DNA from: Utricularia gibba | Taxonomy: Eukaryota; Plantae; Magnoliophyta | Direction: 5' to 3' | NCBI GenBank assembly: GCA_002189035.1 | Contig: NEEC01000015.1 | Span: 496,001-560,000 of the forward strand | DNA: 64,000 bases | Shown here: one piece after another, positions 1 through 20,566 of the stretch | Layout of the letters: each line of letters starts with the position of its first letter | Position numbering within the stretch: the stretch's first letter is position 1 | The notes under the pieces: generated by a model | Database searches by the model: none | Seen by the model: only the letters and a program-made list of their open reading frames with translations | Told to the model about the DNA's origin: nothing | Made by a program: the position numbers and the translations under genes

Positions 1-141
1 TCGAGAAAACAGCAAACTTTGATGCACTGATGGCTGCCGAACCAAATGAGAATGAGGAAGAGTAGTTCAATGAAATATGATCGCAGCCATCACTTCCTGG
101 AGGTCGTTTCTGTATCCGCATAGCCACACTTTAGTACTTTC

Positions 142-647
142 CTAGTCATGTTCGAGATCTGTCTGTCTTCTCCTTGCAACCGCCTACTGCTTGCTTGACA
201 AGCTTTTTTGTTATATGTGGGCAAATTGTGTTATCATTAGAACCAGCCTTCATTAATAGAACAAATCATTGCAAACCAACCTCAGCATTTTTCATGGTGC
301 ATTGCTCTTACCTTCAGAACGTGTTCGTCTACAACATACCGCACGGATGGATGAAACACCTTAAGATCAACGACAGTAGACTGAGCAAGGGAGGGATGTT
401 TATTACCTAGAAAATCTTCCCAGTTGTATTTCACTGACGCAGGCCATAACAAGAGAGGATGACTAGGATTGCACAATGAACATTCCCTACTTTGCATCTT
501 GCGACTAAAAGGCACGAGCCGCACAAAGCTTGCATTCGTATCGGGGGCTACAGAAATTGGGATTATGAGTGAAGAAGATTTCCACCCACCGTCATGAGTT
601 AATCTCGCGCAGCGGCGGCCGGCGACGGAGGTGACAGTGAAACTCAT
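142..647 (-). CDS. Possible small unidentified gene, head-to-head with LOLITA
   Basis: ORF 647-282 is followed by a good donor (CTGAAG|GTAAGA at 311) and an acceptor at 184, giving a C-terminus ...FHPSVRYVVDEHVLK|AVARRRQTDLEHD*. No family recognised and the start codon is uncertain. Confidence 0.3.
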
Positions 648-725
648 GGGCCTTAGTGCACTATTTGGTTGGGCGGGCCTGGGCAGGGCTCACTAGGGCC
701 ACCTTTACAATGGGCCCCAAGTCGA
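641..725. promoter_or_regulatory. Cluster of site II (TGGGCY/GGCCC)-like motifs in the short divergent promoter upstream of LOLITA
   Basis: TGGGCC at about 647 and 711, plus GGGCC motifs within about 80 bp. Confidence 0.45.
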
Positions 726-849
726 AATAGTTGAAAATAGAGTAAAAAGGTGGGGCATTTTTGAAAATAGCGGAAATACTGGGAGAAACTTTCCCAAGAC
801 AAAACTCATTCTCTTTGAAAATTTGGGGCAGAGGAAGGGAGCTCATCAA

Positions 850-2056
850 ATGTTGCTCGCTGTCTTGATCGCCAATTCCCAAGGCAACATTCTCATTGAA
901 CGGTATACATCAATTTTCGTTCCATTTTGGCTGAGAAAAAGAATATTTTCTGTTGTTGTGGTTTCCTGATCTGCGATCTTCGATTCCTTGTGTATGTTTT
1001 TCCTCGTAGGTTGTCGTTCTCTGTTTTGGGTGGAAATTCAGTAGTTTGTACTTTGAAATGCCATGAACCTGTGCGCTGATCGAGTTTTAGCTTTGTCAAG
1101 TCTTGTAGGGGGTGCTCTCTAGAAGTTGATACAGCGATCTTGAGTGTTCTCTGGGTTTTGGAGATTATTCCCATATGAATATTTCCTTGCCATATTCTGT
1201 CGACAAAGCCAAATCCGTATCACATGAATAAAAAGCTCTGTGTTTTTTTTTGTTTCAGTTTCAATGGGGTTCCACCAGAGGAGCGTCTTCATTGGAGATC
1301 CTTTTTAGTGAAACTGGGATCAGACAACATCAGGGGAATCAAGAACGAGGAGCTTCTCGTTGCAAGTCACAAGTATGACACTTGTTGTTTTCTATTTTTC
1401 CCATTGTGATTCTTCTTGGCAGCTATGGCTTGTAAAATATTGGAGATACAATGCTCCAAGCAATTTGTTGTAAAATCCTAATGAACAGGCATGACGTAAG
1501 TCCCGGGGAGGATCCCTGCCATCGTCAAACCATGGCAAGATGCCCTAATGGCCCTTTTTCCCTTTTCAGGTCTGTTTACATTGTGTACACAGTGCTTGGA
1601 GATGTCACTGTTTTCGTGGTTGGAAAAGATGAATATGATGAGCTTGCCTGTGAGTATACCATTCAGATGTTACTATTACTTTCAAGAGATCCTTTTGCTC
1701 CTGTTACATGATCTGATGAAGGCCATTTCAAACAGCTCGGATTTGTGCTAAGCTCTATTTTCCTGTTGTTAATGATCCTAGTGGCAGAAGCCATCTTCGT
1801 CATAACCTCGGCCATCAAGGACGTGTGTGGGAAACCGCCGACGGAGCGTGTCTTCCTCGACAAGTACGGGAAAATATGCTTGTGCTTGGATGAGATTGTG
1901 TGGAAGGTGAGCAATACTTTGTGTTTCATTCCCCATTAACTGTTCCCACTCTTGGCATTTACATTGAAGCTTCCCGTTTGGAAGGGTCTGTTGGAGAACA
2001 TGGACAAGGATAGAATCAAGAGACTCATCCGCCTGAAACCACCAAATGACTTCTGA
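850..2056 (+). CDS. LOLITA: TPLATE/TSET complex longin-like small subunit (LOLITA/TSPOON, At1g15370-like), 5 exons
   Basis: Exons 850-902, 1259-1372, 1570-1649, 1782-1906 and 1985-2056 with GT-AG introns. They translate to MLLAVLIANSQGNILIERFNGVPPEERLHWRSFLVKLG...KPPTERVFLDKYGKICLCLDEIVWKGLLENMDKDRIKRLIRLKPPNDF*. Confidence 0.9.
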
Positions 2057-2395
2057 TCCAGCTCCCCTTCAACAATACTAATTGTCTCCCTCCATCTTGT
2101 GCTTGTGCTGTATGTTGACATCCGAATCCCTATTCCTGTTTGAGAAATTTCAGGAGAAGAAACCATGTTGGTTGATGGATTTCATTCTCCTTCACACCCC
2201 GACGGTTGAGCTGTAGTTACAACTCCCCGCACTTCTCGTGACGGCAGTGAATGTCCCAGACAGACACTTGTCTTCTCTCACCTCTCGTGATTCATTGAAT
2301 TCCAGTCAGCACTCCGACAACGAGCGGCCTGCCTATAGTTATACCCAGTTCACATGCCACCCCAGTTCAGACTTCCTGATCCGAAGGTTCCAAAA

Positions 2396-3834
2396 ATGCT
2401 GTCCTTGGCTGCTCATCTTCTCATTCTTCTGGTGCTAGCTCCCGACCCTCGCGCTTGTCATTCTCCCTGATCGGCGCGTCGGCGGAGGCGATTCAAGCAG
2501 GCTCGCCGGCACCCGCACCCAGCAGTAGAGCCAAAGCCAGAGCCGACCCGGCGGAGCAGAGGGCGGTGTGTGACATCATGAGAGCCACGGGGAACGATTG
2601 GGTGGCCTCCATCCCCGACGTGTGCCGCGGCCGGTGGCACGGTATCGAGTGCGTCCTGCAATCGGACGGCTTTTTGCACGTTGTGTCTCTGTCGTTCGGA
2701 GTTCTGTCCGAAGACACTGCATTTCCGACGTGCAGTTCATCTCGGCCCGTCATTTCTCCCTCCGTCGCCAACCTCCCCCATCTCCGGGCTCTCTTCTTTT
2801 ACAACTGTCTAGGGAGCAATCCTCAGGTCATTCCATTGTTCTTGGGCCTATTGGGCTCAAACTTACACACTTTGGTCCTAAGAGGAAATGGTCTTATTGG
2901 GCCTATACCAAGTGAGCTGGGAAACCTATCGGGCCTAAGGCTACTGGATCTACACGGCAACAATCTTCACGGTGCAATCCCGGCGAGTCTTGGCCGCATC
3001 GGGGGTTTGACGACGTTGGATCTGAGCTGGAACAGGCTTATTGGAGAAGTTCCAAGCATTTCTTACCCTAAGCTGGTCGTTTTGGATGTGAACCAAAACC
3101 AGCTCACGGGGCGGCTTCCGGTACAGCTTCTAACAAGCAGCTCCCTGTTGAAAGTTGATCTGAGCCGGAACAGGTTTTCTGGCGAAATCCCCCAATTCAC
3201 TGGTCTACCGAACCTCATTCTTCTGGATCTGAGCCACAACGCCTTAACCGGTCCTTTGCCGGAATCTCTGGCGAGTTTGACGTCTCTCCAGGGGCTCGTC
3301 CTCCGTGACAATCCATTAGCGGCGGCGACGCTTCAAGGGTCCACGTTCGCCGGGCTGACCAGCCTAGTCGTCCTCGATCTCTCCAACATGAACTTGGAAG
3401 GACCGATACCTGAATCAATCGGCGGTCTGACGACGCTGCGTGTGGTTCGGCTCGAGCGGAACAGGCTGAACGGCTCCATTCCGAAGAGCTTCGCCAGGAT
3501 GAATGCGCTAAGTGAGCTTTGGCTGGAGGGGAATGAATTGACGGGGGCGATTCCTTTGAAGAGGGAGAAGATTTGGAGAATGGGGAGGAATTTGAGGATT
3601 GCGAAAAACATTGGGCTGTGTTACGATACCGGAATCGGGGATGATGATTTGAGCACATTAGCCGGCAACGGAATAAGGCGGTGTGCGGCGGGGAATCCCC
3701 GGAAACCGGTAAGAGTTGAGCATGTCTCCGGTGAGATGATGGGCTCCGAAACAAGCACCGAATCGGGTTCGTCAAGCAGTGGGTTGGGAATAGGCACCAC
3801 CATCTTCTTCATGGTTCTTTTGCGGTTGCTCTGA
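2396..3834 (+). CDS. TMM: LRR receptor-like protein TOO MANY MOUTHS, intronless, with one apparent -1 frameshift at about 2453-2456
   Basis: Diagnostic N-cap DIMRATGNDW..IPDVCRGRWHGIEC and HVVSLSFG.LS.DTAFPTC, followed by LRRs and a hydrophobic C-terminus. The signal peptide MLSLAAHLLILLVLAPDPRA starts at ATG 2396, one base out of frame with the main ORF. Confidence 0.9.
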
Positions 3835-5052
3835 TCTCCTGTGGCTTGGAAGATTATTCAAACTCAGCCGCTCTGTGGTTCGTCCACATGGGATCCCTTC
3901 ATCATGTTGCAAAACAACCGAACCGAGACTGCTACCAAAATCGGTGAAACCGAAGGAGCTTCACCATGCGATCGGATTAAAAAACACGGAATTCAACTCC
4001 TTGAACTGCCATGTTTCCCCTGTTCCTCCATCCAGACTTAGGGACTGGCTGTGCCATTTAAAAGAGGCTGGAGATAAAAGCATTGATAGGAAACTTACCA
4101 TATGATAGCTGTAGACTGCAGACTCCATGAACTTGGAGAAAATGATGGATAATGTACGCCATATCCTCGCAGATAAAGAACAAGAATATGTATGCTGAGT
4201 GACAGAGCAATTGCGCTTCGGTCAAAGCAGACAACGGAGGCTACATACGCATTTTTTTTTTCCTGCAGAAACAACACATGCGTGAAAAAGCAATTAGACA
4301 GCAACGAAAACATTCAAAAGTGCTGCGTCTTCCATTCATGAACAACCGCGAAACAGAATCCAAAATTTCAACCAAGATTTGAGAATTCGACCACTGAGTC
4401 AACAGATCATCGAATAGACATGACTCAGATGCAATAAACACCTTCAAACTAGAATTCAGAACTAAAGAATTGATCTATACCAAGGCAGCGGATGAAAAAC
4501 CAACCAGATTCGCAAAAAAAAAAAATCCTAACAAAGAATGGCGACGACGGGAACCAGATAACAATCACCAAACTGAATAGCAGATACACGCACCTTGACG
4601 TGTTGCACTCGCTGGAGAGGGGTCTTTGAATGTTGGTGTATCTTTTATGTTTCATAAAATATTTTTTCCCTTACAACTATTATTTTAATAACATTACACA
4701 TATGATTTTAATTATAAATTTTTTATGAAAGAAACAATTTTATTTAAATATAAATGTTTATAATTTTCAAATAAATCTCATTCATATTTAATACCAAGGC
4801 ATACCAAGTCGTGAACGGCCTCGAGATTATCGAATGGGTAAAGAACTAAATTCTGATTACACAACAATACGCACGAAGAAGCCACAAGCATCCCAAAACC
4901 ATTCGTTGCGCATTTAACATACAGTAGTCAGATGTATCAGTTTTCCGGCCTCGCCGGTCGTCCCTGTTCGCCTGTCTCCGAGAAATGCAACGGCCTGTTG
5001 ACAGCCAGGTTAGTGGTCCTTTACGTTCCCCAGCTGCTGCTGCTGTAGGCGA

Positions 5053-14455
<9,403 letters not shown>

Positions 14456-14959
14456 CTCTGTATCCCTTTGAACTTCAAGAAAAACAGCTACAAAGTAGAT
14501 TTCCTGTGCTCATGAGATATGGCGATTCTCGGAACCTCGACAGTGAAAAAAGGGTAGTAGCAGAAGAAGACTATCGAGAGGGAAAAGGGTTTACAGTGGG
14601 AAGAAACGCCAACCGTATTTCTCTCGATCCCACGGACACTGAGCGAAATGGCGGAATTGGGCTGGAATTTATAAAGCCCAAAAGAAGCTCGAAAGGCAGT
14701 TGAAATGGACCGACTACTTATTGCTCTCTGAAAATGGGCCTCCGCAAACGATACCAAGGTGCTGAAACGCCTTCTTCTGAAACTTCCAGGTCAGTCGTTT
14801 GAGGGGAATTACACATTACCTAGATTCAGCATCCGAGGTTCTGCAACCCGGAGCCGTCGAGAGCCTGGAACTTCTGTTATGTGGTTCCGTAATAGCGGAA
14901 AATGATGTCGCTCTTTCCAAATCGAGTACCTATTCAAGAACCCACCTCAATTTCATAGC

Positions 14960-15230
14960 AAGGAAGACGGGAATGTGCAATCTAAACAGCGAAATTCAAT
15001 GCTAAGAAGATGTGCAGGGATTTATTCCGTGTCTTCGATAAAATGGTGGATGCCAATCATTCGCCTGGCCCCGTGAGTTAAAAAGAATGGGTCTTGCGCT
15101 TGCTGTTCTTGTTGGATGATGAAGAGCGGCTGTAATCCCGATACCCAAGTCTTTAGCCCTGTTATGGCAGAGCTATTTCTCCAAGGTAATGTTGACGATG
15201 CAGTTCTTTTGTTTATAGAAATTGTATGTT
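14960..15230 (+). pseudogene. Degenerate P-type PPR gene fragment
   Basis: Broken frames read RVFDKMVDANHSP..VS* and GLALAVLV(G)MMKSGCNPDTQVFSPVMAELFLQGNVDDAVLLFIEI, matching the PPR consensus. It contains stops and frameshifts. Confidence 0.45.
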
Positions 15231-15235
15231 TGGGA

Positions 15236-16756
15236 CTAGTTTCTCTTTGCAAAGCCTATCAGTGACAAAAACCCTTCAGAACTCACGATGATCATCATTA
15301 GGACCAGCAATAGCATGAGAATCATCTGCCAAGATTGGAAGTTTTTTCTGTCGAAGAGGTTCCTGAAGCTGCCCCTCTTCCTCCTGTTGTAATAGGCATT
15401 CACCTCTTGAATGACCGTGTCCAAGAAGCACAGTTTTGTCAGTTGGGTAAGCTTGTTCATGCCATTCCATAACTCAGCCGCTTCTTCATCACTTCTCAGA
15501 TGGTTCAGAAGGATCCCTTGTTCCCTCAGCGTCCTTGCATCCTCTGTGGTGTCGATTATTGCATTTATCAGTTCGACGTATCGAGTTAGAACCGGTGGTC
15601 CTGCTGCTATGCACGATTCATAGGCCACCAAGTTCCTGAGAACCACCTCGGAGTTGATGTCTACGCTGATGATGGGAAGGTGTAAAGTTGCTGTTTTTCC
15701 GTCAAATCTGATGCCGGCGATACCGGAATCCATGGCCGAAAAGTGCACCCCGACCCTCGATAGTTCAGTCACTGATGGAATGGTTGTTTCCTCCATCAAC
15801 GCAGGCTGGTTCCCCATGTCACAGTCTCTGTTTTCCGGATTCTCTTCATTGAAGAAAATGTATCCAACCTGTTTGATCAGAATCAGGCCTGGGAATCCGC
15901 AAATAAACTTCAGAAACAGTTTGCAGATGAACTTCACTGGCCTTGAAACCACTAGTTTCCTGATCAAACTAAGCGGGCTCGTCCATGGAATAGATTTTGG
16001 GTCATGTTGATCAGCAGCATCTTGTGATGGCTCTTCCAACTTGGGAACAGTCAGCTTGTACAAGAAATCCAGCAGATGGGCGGAATCCATGAGCTCTTGA
16101 ACATCGTCATCATCAAGCTTCTCTTTGACTCTTCTGAACGGTGAGATCTTCTCAAAAAACCCCATCAATTGTTTATAAAGAAACTCGTCTGATTCACATA
16201 CAGATTCCAACAGATGATGCCCTGTTTTCTTCAGCAGGAACAATGGTATCTGGTTCTCAAGCATGATGATATCTCTGATCACTGAATCATGGCTCCATCT
16301 TGATAACTGAAGTACCCCCTTTTGATCTGAGACATCAGCTAAAAATTGAAGAAGGAAACATGAGCTAACAGCCATCATCCAGGCGAGAGTTTCGCCGTCG
16401 AAACACAACACCTCATAGTAGCAATGCCGGATCATCAGCTCAAACTTGACCAAGTGATCAACAAGAGCCTGAAACTTGAACCCACGGTGCTCTCTTCTTG
16501 CTCTTCTTGCAGTAGCAATCTTAATAAACTCTGATCCTCGGAGCTCTCTTCGGAAATGGTGGTAAGGACTCAACCCCACCACCTGAGGAGTGTAGTGCTG
16601 TGGACTTGTGAGACTCATGGTTTTAGGGATGGTGAAGATGGAAACCTCGGCAACGGACTCCGATTCGTCGCTATCATCATCGACGTCGTCGAGCCATCTT
16701 CGAATGTCGATGATCCAACGTTGTTCGTCAAAATTCAGGTTAGATTTGGAGTTCAT
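15236..16756 (-). CDS. DUF247 / UPF0481 protein (At3g02645-like), intronless, 506 aa, C-terminal TM
   Basis: Motifs FDEQRWIIDI, SIFTIPK, YTPQVVGLSPYHH, DIIMLENQIPLFLL, IPSVTELSRVGVHF, LHLPII..DINSEVVLRNLVAYE and LTRYVELINAIIDT.EDA. Confidence 0.9.
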   Translation of the reverse strand: MNSKSNLNFDEQRWIIDIRRWLDDVDDDSDESESVAEVSIFTIPKTMSLTSPQHYTPQVVGLSPYHHFRRELRGSEFIKIATARRARREHRGFKFQALVDHLVKFELMIRHCYYEVLCFDGETLAWMMAVSSCFLLQFLADVSDQKGVLQLSRWSHDSVIRDIIMLENQIPLFLLKKTGHHLLESVCESDEFLYKQLMGFFEKISPFRRVKEKLDDDDVQELMDSAHLLDFLYKLTVPKLEEPSQDAADQHDPKSIPWTSPLSLIRKLVVSRPVKFICKLFLKFICGFPGLILIKQVGYIFFNEENPENRDCDMGNQPALMEETTIPSVTELSRVGVHFSAMDSGIAGIRFDGKTATLHLPIISVDINSEVVLRNLVAYESCIAAGPPVLTRYVELINAIIDTTEDARTLREQGILLNHLRSDEEAAELWNGMNKLTQLTKLCFLDTVIQEVNAYYNRRKRGSFRNLFDRKNFQSWQMILMLLLVLMMIIVSSEGFLSLIGFAKRN

Positions 16757-17065
16757 GGTGGCATTGTGTAGAGGAGAGGGATCCCCCTCTAGTCTTTATG
16801 TCGTTGAGAGACGCAGGTAACGGAGAGTGTAACTGTAAGAATTTGGTTTATGTTAAATGAGCCCTTAATTAAGAGATTGTTATTAATGTTGACTTAGTTC
16901 TTTATTAGGGAGACCGTGCATTAATTAATATTGTATAATAAAAAGATTTTTTTTTTAAATGGTGAAATTTTAATTATTTATCCCTTAAATTACGCGTGCT
17001 AAATAGATTTTTCGCTGTCACCCAAGTCGCTCACGACGCGCCGCCGCCGCTGCTGGCAACGAAGA

Positions 17066-18714
17066 ATGAGCTGTTCGATGTCTCTTGCGCTCAACATCTC
17101 ACCAACTCCGGGCACCCGCTGCGCGGTGGCGAAAGGTCCATTCAGTTGGGCCGTAGGACCTCGAGCATGCGTCGGCGAGGCGGTATCGGCACCAGGATCA
17201 AGCAGTGATATATCGGTTCATCAGACGAAAACCGCCAAAATCATGGCCGACGAGAAGAAATTCTTGGTGGGGACCTACGCGAGGTCGCCGGTTGTATTCG
17301 CTAGAGGTAAAGGGTGTAAATTGTATGATGTTGAGGGACGAGAGTATCTGGATCTGACTGCGGGCATTGCCGTGAATGCCCTTGGACATGGCGATCCTGA
17401 TTTTGTCGCTACCGTTAAGGATCAGGTGGAGCTGCTCACGCACGTAAGCAACGTCTTCTACACTGAACCACCGGTGAGTACATGCTATTCCTTTTCCCTC
17501 TTTGAAACGGGGCACCTTCTCCTTAGTCAATTCTGTATTTGATGTGTTCGTTTCTAAAAAAACGACGCGATTTGTGTTGTAGAGGCTGAGTCCCCTGAGA
17601 AATGCACTGTGGAGAATTTTTCTAGAGCTTGAACTCAAAAAGACTGAATCTTTTTGCAGGTGGTGCTTGCGAAACGCTTAGTATCCAGCTCATTTGCGGA
17701 TAGGGTGTTCTATTGCAACTCTGGGACTGAGGCTAATGAAGGTGCGATTAAGTTCTCAAGGAAATTCCAGAGAAAATCACATCCTGATGCAGAGGACCCG
17801 CCAGTGAATTTCATAGCATTTAGCAACTGCTTCCATGGTCGGACAATGGGCTCGGTTGCACTGACTAGCAAAGAGCACTACAGATTACCATTTGATCCTG
17901 TCATGCCTGGAGTCACTTTTTTGGAGTATGGTGATACTCAGGCTACAGTCGACTTGATTCAGACCAGAAAGTTTGCTGCAGTTTTCGTGGAACCAGTTCA
18001 AGGAGAAGGAGGTATACTTGGTGCAACAAAAGAATTCTTACAACAACTGCGTGCTGCCTGTGATGATGCCGGCTGTCTTCTCGTTTTCGACGAGGTATTG
18101 GTCATTGCGCCTCCTTCCCTGTTTTTATACCCTGGACTCTTTCTTTGATATGTGGCTTGCTTTGTGCCTGAAAGGTGCAATGCGGCCTCGGCCGAACCGG
18201 CCATCTCTGGGCACATGAAGCTTACGGTGTATACCCCGACATAATGACAGTCGCCAAGCCTCTCGCCGGAGGGCTTCCCATTGGTGCTATCCTAACAACT
18301 GAGCGCATCGCTGCTGCCATAGCTCCGGGAGACCATGGCAGCACATTTGCCGGCAATCCCTTAGTCTGCAGTGCTGCAATCACAGTGTTTGACAAAATAT
18401 CAGACCCAAGATTTCTTGCCAGTGTGTCCGAGAAGGGACAGTATTTCAAACAACTATTGGCACGAAAGCTTGGAGGCAATCCCCATGTCAAAGAAATACG
18501 AGGTTTCGGGCTCCTTATCGGCATAGAGCTAGATGTGGCAGCCTCCCCAGTAGTGGAAGCATGCCTACAGTCAGGTCTCCTGGTTTTAACCGCAGGAAAG
18601 GGAAATGTAATCAGAATCGTGCCTCCATTGATAATCTCAACGGAAGAACTGGAACAGGCAGCCAGTATCTTGGTTAGTTCACTTACTGCTCTTGATGCCC
18701 GGAGCAAGAGTTAA
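17066..18714 (+). CDS. WIN1: Acetylornithine aminotransferase, plastidial (class III PLP enzyme), 3 exons
   Basis: Exons 17066-17473, 17660-18094 and 18175-18714. Transit peptide, then [35 protein letters not shown] and the PLP motif [12 protein letters not shown]...[14 protein letters not shown]. Confidence 0.95.
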
Positions 18715-18968
18715 CTGTTTCACCCTGCGTGTGCCATGGTAAATGTGCCATATAACTATATATGAATCGCTGGATGCTGGTCTTTAAAGTTTATCTTTTC
18801 TTTTTCTTGTTCCCTTGAATTCTATGGCAACATGCATTCTCTTCATATGAATGTACTTTGAGGGGATTCATCCGATGCATTTAGTCCTCTATAAGAGCAT
18901 ATGTAACAGTTGCAGAAGTACTCAAAGTTTCAAAAACAATGGTAACTGCTCAAGAATCGAATTTGGCG

Positions 18969-19805
18969 CTATGGGAACTTTTGCAAGGTGTCATTTTGTC
19001 TATTCAGCTTGGTATCAATCAGATCTCCATCTTCCAGTTTCACCTGGGAATGCAATTCAAAGGAGAATGACACATTAGAAGCTGCGATTCTCCATTCATG
19101 CATGAAACAGGGGGAAGATAAAGAGACCTCATCTGGGGTGCTCTCCCCTCGGAGGCGATGACCACGGCACACGAAAACAAAGTGATCCCTCTCCACTTGT
19201 TGTTGGTAACAGTAAGCATTCATCAGTTTCCTCAGAGGGGTTGTTCTTTTCATCCTGAACAGCTTCACATCATCATCCTGCCCCTGTGGAAGCCATGGAA
19301 GGGGAGAACTCAACTCCTGCAGTGCCTTAGGAGACCTACCAGACAGACCTCTTTCTTGAGTTTGAGACAGATTTTGGTGGGCGGCTCATCTTCGTCCAGA
19401 TTTCGATGCAGAAACACATCAATCTCATCCCCATCTTCCAGTTTCATCTAAACAAGGGCATCATCAATGGCGTAACGTGAAAAATAGATAAGCCATCAGA
19501 CTACACAAGAAACAGAGTAGAAACCTGCCGTGGGGTGCTGTCGCCGAGGAGGGAACTGCCGCTGAACAAGAAATCAAAGGCATTCATCTCCGGACGTCGT
19601 CGGACACGAATACAATACGCATCCATCAGTTTCTGGAGCGGCGTTGTTGTTTTCATCCTGAAAATCCTTTCACTCCCACCCTGTGAATCGTCCGCAAAAC
19701 ATCATCTCACAGATGAAAGACAGAGGGAGGAGAGAGGGAGAAGAGTAAAACCCTTTTAACACGAAGGTTGATGCGTGCTGCCGCCGTCTCTTCTGCCGGC
19801 TCCAT
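18969..19805 (-). CDS. Di-SUMO-like protein (two tandem SUMO domains, no C-terminal GG), 5 exons, 179 aa
   Basis: Exons 19805-19752, 19680-19525, 19447-19349, 19283-19128 and 19043-18969, all phase 0 GT-AG with an open frame. Each unit has INL.VK / FRMK.TTPL.KLM.AYC / STP / KLEDGD.ID SUMO motifs. Confidence 0.82.
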
Positions 19806-19841
19806 TCTCCGACCCTCCCCACTGGTTGCAGTAGGCATCAC

Positions 19842-19849
19842 TATTTATA
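19842..19849 (-). promoter_or_regulatory. TATA box of the di-SUMO gene
   Basis: TATAAATA on the minus strand about 40 nt upstream of ATG 19805. Confidence 0.55.
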
Positions 19850-20096
19850 CAACAGTACCAATGGAACCAAACCAAAAACGCATGATTAAAAATCAAATAT
19901 TATATTTTTAAATGAATATATGAATTTACTTTTATCTCATTTAAACTATTAAAAAACTATAAAAAATAATTTATCTTTAACGCATGTGCTAAATGCCTCT
20001 CTTTAGAGGGCAACTCATGAAATCACAAGCAATTTTTCAACTGTTTATTCCAAAGCCAAGAGTTTCCAGCTCTGAGAGGCAGCCGCATGCGCATAT

Positions 20097-20566
20097 TCAG
20101 ATGAAGTGGATGCGAGCTCCGCCGCCATACTGATGGACGAAAGCATCGATCTCGTCCCCGTCCTTCAGCTTCATCTGAACCAGCGGTAAAAGAAGAGGTA
20201 CTGTTATTTGCTATCACAAAGCTTTCACCTTCGAAAGCGTGCGTGCGTTGGGTTTATATAAAGCCCATATCTTGCCTGGCATGGCGTGTTCTCCTCTTGG
20301 AGACGAAGGCCATCCATCATGAACACGTAGTGCCCGGGCTGGACGCCACGCTCGTAACAGTATGCATTCATAAGTTTCTTCAGGGGGGTCATTTTCTTGA
20401 TCCTGAAGAATGTTCTGTTATCGTCCTGCGAGATGGGAGCCATTGCATATCTAAGTAACAGAAGGACAGGGATTAAGAGAAGAAGGGATGCAAGAATGAA
20501 GCAAAGCCAGACGCTGTCTTTGACTGTGAGATTGATGTGCGTGGAGTCTTCTTTGCCTGTCTCCAT
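20097..20566 (-). CDS. SUMO: Divergent SUMO paralogue with di-glycine (QYGG) and a 7-aa C-terminal extension, 3 exons, 93-aa precursor
   Basis: Exons 20566-20513, 20425-20276 (canonical 150 nt) and 20174-20097. Protein: [41 protein letters not shown]...TPCQ-MKLKDGDEIDAFVHQYGGGARIHFI*. Intron 2 has a GC donor (CAG|GCAAG). TATAAAT at 20630-20636. Confidence 0.82.
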
